Part shown: positions 1 through 8,838 of the stretch, piece after piece
Position numbering within the stretch: the stretch's first letter is position 1
Layout: every line of letters begins with the position of its first letter
DNA from: an uncultured Desulfobacter sp.
GTDB lineage: Bacteria; Desulfobacterota; Desulfobacteria; Desulfobacterales; Desulfobacteraceae
DNA length: 64,000 nucleotides
NCBI GenBank assembly: GCA_963665095.1
Contig: OY762069.1
Coordinates: 2,176,001-2,240,000, forward strand
Direction: 5' to 3'
Translations under genes and position numbers: made by a program
Notes under the pieces: model-generated
The model's input: only the letters and a program-made list of their open reading frames with translations
Told to the model about the DNA's origin: nothing
The model's database searches: none

Positions 1-1
1 G

Positions 2-1531
2 TGCCGGCTGTTTTATGAGGGCAAAATCTACGAAATTGGAAACAACATTGCCTTCAAGTCCCTGATCTACCAGGCCGCGGGGCTCAATTATGCAGACAAC
101 GGCACCAAAAGCATTTTGGAGGTGATCCGGGCAGAGGCCTATATAAAAGGAAAGCACACATCCACCATGGGATGGATCCACACAGATGCAGTAAAAGAAA
201 TTATTTATTATGACCTGAGAAACGAGATGAACACCATTGCCAGGATCCGGGCCGGCAAAGTGGACCTGATCCAAAACGGCGCCAATGAAGATAATGTTCT
301 CCTGGAGAGCACGCCGAGAATGGAACCGGTTCATTATCTGCCTGAAGCCAATATCCAAGAGGCCATGGACCGGTTCAAATCAATCCTTCTGGACAACCTG
401 GCCTGCAGCGAATCAAACAAGTACTTCATTGCGGCCAGGATCTTGAACACCATTCTTCTGGAGTTCGTTACCACGGCCAGGGGTATTACCAAATTTTCAG
501 GAGACCAGGGCGCGGCCAAATCCTTTGCGGCCCGGCTTATTTCCTATTTGATTATGGGTGCGGACTGCGTGTCTCAAGGTTCTGTAGCTTCTTACAGGTC
601 CGAGGCCACCAAGAGCCCGGTTATTATCCCGGACAACCTTGAGAAAGCAGACCGGACAAAAGAGGTGTTGAACTTCCTTCTCCTGGGGGCCACGGGTGCC
701 ATTAACCAGAAACGGGATAGCAACACCAGTTCTGGAAATATTTATGAAGAGAACAAAGCACAAATCATTACCACATCCATTGAGCCTTTCACTGAATCTG
801 AGCTGATTTCCAGGACCATTGATATTCATTTTGAAAAAGAGTTCCGGAACAAGGACTTTCCGGGGGAAACTCTGTTGAAAACAGAGATAGAAAGGAACCG
901 GGACGTAATCCTGAGTTCTTTTTTCAAAATTGTGGCCTTTGATATTCTTCCCACCTTCAGCCAGGACCGGGCCAAAATCAATAAATTTTTAAACACTGAG
1001 CGCCAGGGGCACGCAAAGGAACGGCTGAATGAACTTTTCGCCTGTTTATATCTGCTTTGCCGGCAGGTTGTCAGATACATTCCACACTCAGAACACGCCG
1101 GGTCTGATCCGGCCATGGGTATTCTGGATGACTGGCTGAATGAACAACATGATTTGGCCGCTGCCACCCAGCAGGACACAGACCCCATTCTTTACAGGCT
1201 GGAAATCCTGTTGGATGAATGCTGCCAGTTAAAAGATAATTTTTCAGAAGCTTATGGAATCCAGGCCGTAACCCTGACCAGAACGATTCAGGACAAGGTG
1301 TCAAAGGTCAGTATCCTTGCTTCAGCAAAGGAACTTTGCACGGCATTCAGCATCATATCCAAACAAAAAAATATTCCAAATCCGTTTCAGGCTCCCGGTG
1401 TTCTGGGCTCAAGGTTATCTAATTCACAACAGGTTCTGGAGGGTGCCGGCTGGCAAGTGGGAATCCGGCACGCCAAATGTGCCGGACAGCATAAGCATTT
1501 GTTGGTTAAAAATGTGGGGTGGTCTGAATGA
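2..1531 (+). CDS. Putative primase-associated P-loop ATPase/helicase (5'-truncated by the window)
   Basis: Frame is open from base 2; Walker A-like GDQGAAKS, Walker B-like VIIPDN, ELISR arginine-finger-like motif; mobile-element context. Confidence 0.55.
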   Translation, partial: CRLFYEGKIYEIGNNIAFKSLIYQAAGLNYADNGTKSILEVIRAEAYIKGKHTSTMGWIHTDAVKEIIYYDLRNEMNTIARIRAGKVDLIQNGANEDNVLLESTPRMEPVHYLPEANIQEAMDRFKSILLDNLACSESNKYFIAARILNTILLEFVTTARGITKFSGDQGAAKSFAARLISYLIMGADCVSQGSVASYRSEATKSPVIIPDNLEKADRTKEVLNFLLLGATGAINQKRDSNTSSGNIYEENKAQIITTSIEPFTESELISRTIDIHFEKEFRNKDFPGETLLKTEIERNRDVILSSFFKIVAFDILPTFSQDRAKINKFLNTERQGHAKERLNELFACLYLLCRQVVRYIPHSEHAGSDPAMGILDDWLNEQHDLAAATQQDTDPILYRLEILLDECCQLKDNFSEAYGIQAVTLTRTIQDKVSKVSILASAKELCTAFSIISKQKNIPNPFQAPGVLGSRLSNSQQVLEGAGWQVGIRHAKCAGQHKHLLVKNVGWSE

Positions 1532-1561
1532 TTTTTCACCAAATAAAAGATCAAATATTTT

Positions 1562-1807
1562 GGGGGGGCATTTTTTGGAAATGGGTCCCAAAGTCCCCAA
1601 TCTTATATTTTTAATTTTTAACATATTGTTTTTATTATCCATCAAAGTGCAACAGTACGGGGACCCAAAGAGGGGACCGAACTCCAAAGGAGTCCCCAAA
1701 CTTTGTATAAGTCCCCAAACTCGGGACCCGAAATTTGACATAACTAATTGTTATTAATAAGCATAATATCAATTGGGGACTTGGGGACCCTTAAAAGAAG
1801 CCCCCCC
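1562..1807. repeat. GGGGAC/GTCCCC iteron cluster with terminal inverted repeats and two AT-rich spacers; candidate replication origin
   Basis: About 9 GGG(G)AC units in both orientations; 1583-1601 and 1772-1790 form an 18/19 inverted repeat; AGTCCCCAAACT is repeated at 1691 and 1710. Confidence 0.7.
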
Positions 1808-1845
1808 TCCCCTTGGGGAAGATGGATAGAAATAAGGCGGGAATC

Positions 1846-2298
1846 ATGAACACGGAGAACAAAAAATTTGTTTTTGAAAGCATCACTGAAAAACAGGCAT
1901 GGAAAATCATGGCAATTTGCAATCAATCTCAGGAATTTGACACCGCGAAGCTCTATTCCATGATTCATGATTTAACTGGGATTCCTTCAGTTAACTCCCT
2001 GTCAAAACAGGAAGCGTCTTTTATCATTGACCGGCTCCAAGGGTGCACGAAATGGCGCCGGCCAAAGAGATCGCGAACAGTGGATAGAATCAAGGGAAAT
2101 GCCCGGAACCTGCCGGCCCTTGGCCATATCCTTTTTATCCGGGAATCGGTAAGGGCCTTGGGCTGGGATAAGGCTCATTTTAAAGCCTGGCTGGAGAAAT
2201 ACATTAAAGCCCGCAACCTCAACGAACTGACCCGGGAGACTGCCCGGAAGGCATACATCGGATTAATGAAAATTCGAATCAACACCATGGAATCATGA
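1846..2298 (+). CDS. GemA/Mu gp16 (DUF1018)-like phage regulatory protein
   Basis: Pattern Q..KI..I...D..LY..I..LTG..S...LS..EAS.II..L followed by LGW....F..WL.K......LT...A.K; ATG at 1846 after AAGGCGG. Confidence 0.55.
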   Translation: MNTENKKFVFESITEKQAWKIMAICNQSQEFDTAKLYSMIHDLTGIPSVNSLSKQEASFIIDRLQGCTKWRRPKRSRTVDRIKGNARNLPALGHILFIRESVRALGWDKAHFKAWLEKYIKARNLNELTRETARKAYIGLMKIRINTMES

Positions 2299-2305
2299 AA
2301 GGGAA

Positions 2306-3601
2306 ATGACTGTGTCATATATTGAAACCACCCAGGGGGAAAAGCTATTCAAACAATACCTGGACAAATTCAAGGGCAAAACCAGCCAGAAGGTTTACCG
2401 GTCTGAGATCCGACAGTTTTTTAATTTCTACAGCGGGGCCATTGAATTCCTGAAGAAAAAAGATTTCATCCGGTACCGGGACCACCTGGGCAAAACGTCC
2501 AAGGCCAAAACCGTTAAACGTAAATTTTCCATCCTTAACCAGTTTTTCAAATTCCTGGAGTCCAAGGTCAAAGAATTTCGTTCCCCCATTGGAAAAAATT
2601 ACGGTGACATGCAGGATTTCAGGGGCGGCACTTATGTGGAATCTGAATCCTTTGCCAACCAGGTGGGCTATTGGACAGAAAGCCTTATCTGTGATTCCAC
2701 CAAACGGACTTATGCAGGGGCTGTGAAGCTGTTCTTTGGTTATACGGCCAAGGATCCCAAGGACCTTGTTCAGGATGACTTCCTTAAATACCGGGACCAC
2801 CTGTTGCTCGAAAAGAAACAGAAAACCTCAACGGTCTGGAACAAATTCATTGCCATCAACAGCTTTTTAAAATTCATGGATACCGGAAATCGAAAGTTCA
2901 AAAATCCACTGGACTTTAAGCGCCTGGCCCTGGTCCCGCCTAAAAAAGATAAGGGATATTATACGGTGTTAAGCAGCAAAGAGGCAAAGAAGCTTTTGAG
3001 GCAGCCAGACAGGCGAACCCTGATAGGCAAACGGGACTATGCCATCTTACGGCTCATGCTGACCTATGGTCTCAGAGTGAATGAAGTCTGCAAACTGGAA
3101 TATCAGGACCTTGAAACAGAAAGGGTAAAAGGCCAGCAAAAGCTTTGGATCCGGGACCGAAAAGGAAGGATAGGCAGACGGGCTGATACAGATATTATTT
3201 TAAACGGGAAAGCCCTGGAAGCATTTGATGACTGGATGACCCACTGTCAAATCAAGTTTGAAACAGACACACCTATCTTTATAGGATTTCGCTTTGATCT
3301 TGCACATGGCCTGGCCATTCGTTGGGACCAGGTCCGCAACAAAAAGCATCTGACGACCAGAGCCGTGGAATACATGATTGAAAAATATGTGGTCCAAGCC
3401 GGCATTGATCATGGTGATAAAGTCATCAGTGCCCATGCTTTGAGACATACGGCAATAACCATGCTGGCCCATGCCGGTGTTAAGCTGGTGGATCTTAAAT
3501 TTCTGGCCGGCCATCAGGATGTCAGTACCACACTGATTTATCTTCACAGTGTTCAATCTTATGAAGACCATGCAGGAATGCACAATCCCTTGAACAGATA
3601 A
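2306..3601 (+). CDS. XerC/D-like tyrosine recombinase with duplicated N-terminal core-binding (SAM-like) domain
   Basis: RDYAIL..M..YGLRVNE, HALRH, LAGH, TTLIY catalytic set; two N-terminal repeats F..YRDHL...T...KF..N.F.KF. Confidence 0.9.
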   Translation: MTVSYIETTQGEKLFKQYLDKFKGKTSQKVYRSEIRQFFNFYSGAIEFLKKKDFIRYRDHLGKTSKAKTVKRKFSILNQFFKFLESKVKEFRSPIGKNYGDMQDFRGGTYVESESFANQVGYWTESLICDSTKRTYAGAVKLFFGYTAKDPKDLVQDDFLKYRDHLLLEKKQKTSTVWNKFIAINSFLKFMDTGNRKFKNPLDFKRLALVPPKKDKGYYTVLSSKEAKKLLRQPDRRTLIGKRDYAILRLMLTYGLRVNEVCKLEYQDLETERVKGQQKLWIRDRKGRIGRRADTDIILNGKALEAFDDWMTHCQIKFETDTPIFIGFRFDLAHGLAIRWDQVRNKKHLTTRAVEYMIEKYVVQAGIDHGDKVISAHALRHTAITMLAHAGVKLVDLKFLAGHQDVSTTLIYLHSVQSYEDHAGMHNPLNR

Positions 3602-3713
3602 CCATTTTTGTCACCGATATTTGTAAAAGAGATATAAATTGACTCAACTGCAGCCCAGAACATACAATCAACCATCAAATTCCAGCTTTCAAAGGAAAGG
3701 AGGTGGTTTATGT

Positions 3714-4910
3714 ATGAAAGGTTCAATCTACACAGCACAAAGGTGTTTCCAGTGTGGGGGGAATCTGAAGTATGCCGAGGGCCGCGGTTTTCTGTATTGT
3801 CCAAATCATTCAGAAAGTAATTGGGTTGGTCCATGCATGGTCCGTTTCGGCAGGGAGCATACAAAACGGTTTCAAACTGTTGGTGAAGCTGAAAGGCATT
3901 TGACGTTTCTCCGGGTCCAGACCGACAGAAACGAATTTGACCAAAGAGAATGGGCCAAGGATCAACCCTTATCCTTTTTCTCCCTGAGAACCAAATTCCT
4001 TGAGATGAAAAAAAGGCAGGCCATCACTAAGCATCATATTCGCCATATTGAAAGGGTGTTAGAACTTGCCGGCAAATCATGGGACTGTATGCAGATAAAA
4101 GAGATTGCTGAAGGAGAAATTGATGATTTTTTTTCAATGGATCACGGCGTAGGGAATAAAACCTTATCTAACTGGAAAGCGGTTCTTCATGATTTCTGGG
4201 TCTGGGTAGTAAGAAGGGAAAAGCGCCGGTCAAAACTTGAAATGCCCGAGTTCCCGGACATTCAGTTTAAAATGAAAATGAAAACAGTTGTTTCAGTATC
4301 AGACCAGCAGGATATTATTCAAGAGCTTCGCCGGATTACCTGGGATATCAACCCAAGGATTTGGCTTGGGGTGAAGCTTTTATCCATTTATCCACGGATC
4401 CGCCCCGGAGAAATGTTAAATGTCAAAGAAGGGCATATGAATCTTAAAGATGGATGGATTGTTTTCCCCCAACCAAAGGAAAGGGATCCTAAGTTCGTTC
4501 ATTTGCTGCCTGAAATTTCAGAAATGATAGAGGAAATCAGAAGAATGGTCCCCCCTGCCCTCCCGGATATTTATTTTTTCCGACATTTAAAGACCAGGTC
4601 AGGTGTTCAGGCGGGTATAAAGTTCGGTCCTAAATATTTTAACAACTGGTGGAATACTGCAGCCAACAATTTGGGGATTTCTGGGGTATCTCTTTATCCG
4701 GGAACAAAGCACTCAACTGTTACGGCCTTAGGAAAACTAATGACACCGGAACAGATAAAGCACAATGTTACCGGTCATACCTCAAACGCATTTGAAAGGT
4801 ATTTCCTGCCGAATCATCAGGAGGCAATCATGGCTACCCGCCAAGTTACCCAAATGCAGGCTGATAAACATCTGATAAACATTTTGGAGGTTAAAAAAGA
4901 AGTTAAATGA
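3714..4910 (+). CDS. Tyrosine integrase with N-terminal Zn-ribbon-like motif, probable element integrase
   Basis: RIRPGE, LYPGTKH (variant of HxxRH), TGH...FERY; CxxC...CxxH at N-terminus; AGGAGG RBS before ATG 3714; abuts the tmRNA. Confidence 0.75.
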   Translation: MKGSIYTAQRCFQCGGNLKYAEGRGFLYCPNHSESNWVGPCMVRFGREHTKRFQTVGEAERHLTFLRVQTDRNEFDQREWAKDQPLSFFSLRTKFLEMKKRQAITKHHIRHIERVLELAGKSWDCMQIKEIAEGEIDDFFSMDHGVGNKTLSNWKAVLHDFWVWVVRREKRRSKLEMPEFPDIQFKMKMKTVVSVSDQQDIIQELRRITWDINPRIWLGVKLLSIYPRIRPGEMLNVKEGHMNLKDGWIVFPQPKERDPKFVHLLPEISEMIEEIRRMVPPALPDIYFFRHLKTRSGVQAGIKFGPKYFNNWWNTAANNLGISGVSLYPGTKHSTVTALGKLMTPEQIKHNVTGHTSNAFERYFLPNHQEAIMATRQVTQMQADKHLINILEVKKEVK

Positions 4911-4916
4911 CTGATT
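4861..4916. promoter_or_regulatory. att-arm signals: tandem 11-bp direct repeat and IHF consensus site
   Basis: CTGATAAACAT twice (4861-4882); minus-strand AATCAGTCATTTA (4904-4916) matches WATCARNNNNTTR. Confidence 0.55.
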
Positions 4917-4930
4917 TTATAGGTATTTTA

Positions 4931-5282
4931 TGGTGGAGGCGGGGGGAGTTGAACCCCCGTCCGAAAACAATCAACCCAGGCTTCTACATACTTATCCTGA
5001 ACTTTATAATTGGCCGGGAAGGCTCCTCCAGAATGGATACGACCCGGTATATCCTGAAAAATTCAACTTTTGAAATCCAGGAAGTTTCAAAAGCGGTCTT
5101 GCTGAGTCGACGCCCGGTCCTGAATCTGCAAGAAGGATGTCAGGCGGACGGTAGCTTATGCTGCTACAGCGTAGTTATAATCGTCTGCGATTATGTTTAA
5201 ATATTGCCAAGTTTACGAGTTGACAAAACACTCGGTATGCTACCATGGGCGTCAAAATCTCCGTCGAAACCATTACGCCCCC
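4931..5282 (-). ncRNA. ssrA: tmRNA
   Basis: 5' GGGGGCGTAATGGTTTCGAC; 3' GGGGGTTCAACTCCCCCCGCCTCCACCA; tag ORF ADDYNYAVAA* at 5188-5156; next to smpB. Confidence 0.97.
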
Positions 5283-5311
5283 AAATTGTAAAAGATCAAA
5301 TAACCGCTCTT

Positions 5312-5339
5312 AATATAATATCCCAGTTGCCCAAGTCAA
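5312..5339 (-). promoter_or_regulatory. sigma70-type promoter of ssrA
   Basis: TTGACT-16 bp-TATATT on the minus strand, 30 bp upstream of the tmRNA 5' end. Confidence 0.5.
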
Positions 5340-5350
5340 TGGTTTCATGA

Positions 5351-5812
5351 TCAGGAATATTTTTTTCTTTCCCGGTCCATGTCCCGTTTGACATCCCGCT
5401 GTTTGATGCTCTCCCGTTTATCGTACAGTTTCTTTCCCTTGCCAAGGCCTATGAGCACCTTGATTTTATCATTTTTAAAATAAATCTTTAAGGGAACAAG
5501 GGAATAGCCTTTTTCTTTAATTTTAGAGGCCAGCTTCCTGATTTCATAAGCATGCAGAAGAAGCTTTCGGGTACGCATGGCCTCGTGGTTGGCATTGTAG
5601 GCATATTTATAAGGGGAGATATGAAGCTGGCGCAAAAAGATCTCATCCCGTTTAATATCTGCGTAGGCATCCTTGAAACTGACCCGGCCTTCTCTGATGG
5701 CTTTCACCTCTGAGCCGACAAGTACGATGCCAGCCTCATATTCGTCATCAATATGGTAATTGTGCCAGGCTTTTTTGTTGGTGGCGATCAGTTTGGTATA
5801 CTTTGCGTTCAT
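5351..5812 (-). CDS. smpB: SsrA-binding protein
   Basis: NKKAWHNY, EAGIVLVGSEVKAIR, RKLLLH, GKKLYDKR. Confidence 0.98.
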   Translation of the reverse strand: MNAKYTKLIATNKKAWHNYHIDDEYEAGIVLVGSEVKAIREGRVSFKDAYADIKRDEIFLRQLHISPYKYAYNANHEAMRTRKLLLHAYEIRKLASKIKEKGYSLVPLKIYFKNDKIKVLIGLGKGKKLYDKRESIKQRDVKRDMDRERKKYS

Positions 5813-5818
5813 TGTTTA

Positions 5819-7594
5819 TTAGTCCTCAGGGTCGCTGTAGGGCAGCAGGTCTTTGTACTCTTTTTGAATAAAATCGACATTTTCCTGCACTGTCTGAAAT
5901 CCCAGAAGCTTTTTCACATCTTCTTTTGCCTTTGCTACGTCCATGGACCGGATCATTTTCTTTATCACCGGTATGGCACCGGAGTTCATGGACAGATTGG
6001 TCAGACCCAGCCCCAAAAGCACGGGAATATTGATGGACTCCCCTGCCATTTCACCGCACATGAACAGATCAATGTGATTATCAGCAGCCGCTTCAACCGT
6101 CAGTTTGATCATTTTCAGTACAGCAGGATTCAAGGCCTGGTACAGGTGTGCCACCCTTCGATTCTGCCGGTCAATGGCCATGGAGTACTGGATCAGATCA
6201 TTGGTTCCAATGCTGAAAAAATCAACGTGGCCGGCCAGTTCCTGCGCCACCATCACCGCCGAAGGCACCTCAATCATAATGCCCAGAGGTATATCCTTAT
6301 TAAATACACGGCCTTCGGCCTCAAGTTCCTTTACAGCCCGGTTTATGCAGGACTTCACCTGTAAAATCTCTTCAACACAGGAAATCATGGGAATCAGCAG
6401 CTTAATATTGCCGAATGCCGCTGCCCTGAAGATAGCCTTAAGCTGGGTGACAAAAATCTCTTCATTTTCAAGACAGAACCTTACCGCCCTTAACCCCAAT
6501 GCCGGGTTGGCCTCTTCCACCGGGTCAATATAGGGGTTAAACTTATCCCCGTTGATATCCAGGGTCCGGATGGTCACCGGCGATGGCTGCATCAGCTCAG
6601 CCAGCTCCCGGTATTTCTGCATCATCTCATCTTCTGTGGGGAAACGGTTCAGGTCCAGATATAAAAATTCAGTTCTGAAAAGGCCGATACCGGCTGCCTT
6701 ATTATCCTTGGCAGAGACAACCTCCTCCACAAGCTCGATATTGGCTAAAAGATTCACCATCACGCCGTCTGCTGTCACTGCCGGCAGATGGCTGTCCCTT
6801 TCAATATTGGCCCTGAACACCTCAAACCGGGCCATCTTATCCTCATACCGGAACAGGGTATCTTCTTCCGGATTAATGATAATAATCCCGGCAGAGCCGT
6901 CCACAATAAGGATATCATCATTATTGATATTTGCCGTGGCAGTGCCCAAACCCAGCACGGAAGGAATTTTTAAGGACTTGGCCACAATACTGGTATGTGA
7001 ATCCTTGCCGCCCCGGTCCGTGACAAATCCTTTGATGCGCTCAAGCTGAATCTGGCTGGTGTCTGCCGGAGAAAGATCGTGGGCCACAATAATGACACGT
7101 TTGTTGATCTCACGAATTTTAAGATCCGGTGCCCCCACCAGATACGTCATTATTTTGTCAGACACCTGAATAATATCATTGCCCCGGGTCTTAAGATAGG
7201 GATCATTGATCTGGTCAAACATACGGCATACTGATCTTGACACCCGGCGCAGGGCCCACTCCGCATTCACCCGGTCATTGGTGATGGCATCAATGGTTTT
7301 GCCGTAAAGCATTTTATCCTTGAACAGCACCATATGGGTTTCAAGAATGTTCAAGTTCTCACTCAGGTCGGAACCAAGGGATTCTATGGTTTTGGCATGG
7401 TCGCTCTTGGCCTTGGCCACGGCATTTTTAAACCGGTCCACTTCGGCTGGAACCATCTCAGGGCTCACCGAATACCGTTTAATCAGGTTGACACCCTCAC
7501 GGTCCACCAGATAGGCCTTTCCGATACAGATCCCGGGGGAACCGCTGATACCCCGAAGGATCACCTGGCCTGGGGCAGTCCTATTCATTTTCAT
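5819..7594 (-). CDS. ptsI: PEP-protein phosphotransferase (PTS enzyme I)
   Basis: GGKDSHTSIVA phospho-His motif, GIGLFRTEF, EANPALGLRA, FFSIGTNDL, CGEMA; start 7594 or 7588. Confidence 0.95.
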   Translation of the reverse strand: MKMNRTAPGQVILRGISGSPGICIGKAYLVDREGVNLIKRYSVSPEMVPAEVDRFKNAVAKAKSDHAKTIESLGSDLSENLNILETHMVLFKDKMLYGKTIDAITNDRVNAEWALRRVSRSVCRMFDQINDPYLKTRGNDIIQVSDKIMTYLVGAPDLKIREINKRVIIVAHDLSPADTSQIQLERIKGFVTDRGGKDSHTSIVAKSLKIPSVLGLGTATANINNDDILIVDGSAGIIIINPEEDTLFRYEDKMARFEVFRANIERDSHLPAVTADGVMVNLLANIELVEEVVSAKDNKAAGIGLFRTEFLYLDLNRFPTEDEMMQKYRELAELMQPSPVTIRTLDINGDKFNPYIDPVEEANPALGLRAVRFCLENEEIFVTQLKAIFRAAAFGNIKLLIPMISCVEEILQVKSCINRAVKELEAEGRVFNKDIPLGIMIEVPSAVMVAQELAGHVDFFSIGTNDLIQYSMAIDRQNRRVAHLYQALNPAVLKMIKLTVEAAADNHIDLFMCGEMAGESINIPVLLGLGLTNLSMNSGAIPVIKKMIRSMDVAKAKEDVKKLLGFQTVQENVDFIQKEYKDLLPYSDPED

Positions 7595-7889
7595 CTTCCT
7601 CAAATCCAATATCAAAATAGTTTTTTATCTGATCCGCCAGCGCTGAATCTTCTTCTTTTTCCGTAAGAATAGAGACTGTTGTTCCTGTAACGGCGCATAA
7701 AGTCAATATATCAATGATACTTGAGGCATCCACGATTGTTTTGCCGTCAGACAGCCAGATATCCCCTTTGGCTGCCTGGACCATCCTGGCAATTTGTGCT
7801 GCAGGCCGGGCATGCATGCCCAAAGCATTCACCACTGTTGTCTGCAGGAAAACTGAGTATTCAAAATCCAAGTGTAAGTTTATTCCCAA
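7581..7889 (-). CDS. ptsH: HPr phosphocarrier
   Basis: NALGMHARPAA (His15), VDASSI (Ser46). Confidence 0.92.
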   Translation of the reverse strand: MGINLHLDFEYSVFLQTTVVNALGMHARPAAQIARMVQAAKGDIWLSDGKTIVDASSIIDILTLCAVTGTTVSILTEKEEDSALADQIKNYFDIGFEEDENE

Positions 7890-8158
7890 TGAGATATTTT
7901 TGCTTTATGCACCCTATTATCTGCATCAACTCAATATTAGACAATCCGCTTGATCAGGTCATTTAAAACAGGTAGTGTATATCATATTTCTGGCATTTCC
8001 GCCAGTTGGAATGGCATACCTGAACCTGGCATTTTATTAAAGCTTTTTCTAACATATCTTTAATAAAATCCACTAAATATTTTTTGCAGTGCGCGCTGCG
8101 GTCCGAAAATGGGGTACATACTCCAGGCGCGGCATAGCTGTTATTAAAGGAGTTAAAT

Positions 8159-8824
8159 ATGACCGTGTCCCAAGCCATCCAGTACCCCATTGATGATTTC
8201 AAATCCGGAGAATCATGGCGTCTGTTTAAAATTATGGGAGAATTTGTTGAAGGCATTGACGGTCTGCATGATTTAGGGCCGGCTGTATCCATCTTTGGAT
8301 CGGCAAGAACGACCCAAGGTCATCCTGATTATGAAACCGCAAGAAAAACAGCGGCCTGCTTTGCGGCCCACGGTTATGCCGTTATAACAGGTGGCGGACC
8401 CGGTATCATGGAGGCGGGCAACTTAGGTGCATCCGAAAAAAACGGTGAATCAGTGGGCCTGAAAATCGCTCTTCCCTTTGAAGAGAAGGGGAATGCATAT
8501 ATGACACGTTCCTTGGATTTCCACTATTTTTTTGTCCGCAAGGTCATGTTTGTTAAATATGCCCTTGCATATATCATTCTGCCGGGGGGTTTAGGCACCA
8601 TGGACGAAATGTTTGAAACCCTGACCCTTGTCCAGACACAGCGAATCCGTAAAAAACCGGTAATTCTGATGAACACCCCGTTCTGGGCAGGGCTACTGGA
8701 ATGGATAAAAACCGCACTTGAAGGGAACGGATTGATTTCAAACGGAGATATAGATCTGATATCTTTGGCAGACACCCCGGAACAGGCCCTTGAAATTGTA
8801 GATAACTTTTATAATCCCTCTTAA
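8159..8824 (+). CDS. LOG family (TIGR00730-type) nucleotide phosphoribohydrolase
   Basis: VSIFGSAR, TGGGPGIMEA, YFFVRK, PGGLGTMDE. Confidence 0.92.
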   Translation: MTVSQAIQYPIDDFKSGESWRLFKIMGEFVEGIDGLHDLGPAVSIFGSARTTQGHPDYETARKTAACFAAHGYAVITGGGPGIMEAGNLGASEKNGESVGLKIALPFEEKGNAYMTRSLDFHYFFVRKVMFVKYALAYIILPGGLGTMDEMFETLTLVQTQRIRKKPVILMNTPFWAGLLEWIKTALEGNGLISNGDIDLISLADTPEQALEIVDNFYNPS

Positions 8825-8838
8825 GGCCATGGCCAGAA

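Larger units (their letters stand above)
1..4930. mobile_element. Right end of an integrative element (satellite/PICI-like or prophage-like) inserted at the tmRNA 3' end; left end outside the window
   Basis: Replication-type ATPase, iteron cluster, GemA-like gene and two tyrosine recombinases; the last one stops 20 bp from the tmRNA CCA end. Confidence 0.8.

Noticed and set aside
1317..1757. ORFs of 146 aa (+) and 105 aa (-) across the iteron block
   Set aside because: Their repetitive GP/VP/GD content just translates the DNA repeats; no RBS or domain
1562..1807. Possible CRISPR array
   Set aside because: Repeats are 6-12 bp, in mixed orientation and irregularly spaced; no cas genes
4907..5200. 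97-aa ORF beginning MTDFIGILWWRRGELNPRP
   Set aside because: Antisense shadow of the tmRNA; WRRGELNPRP is the usual reverse translation of a tRNA-like 3' end
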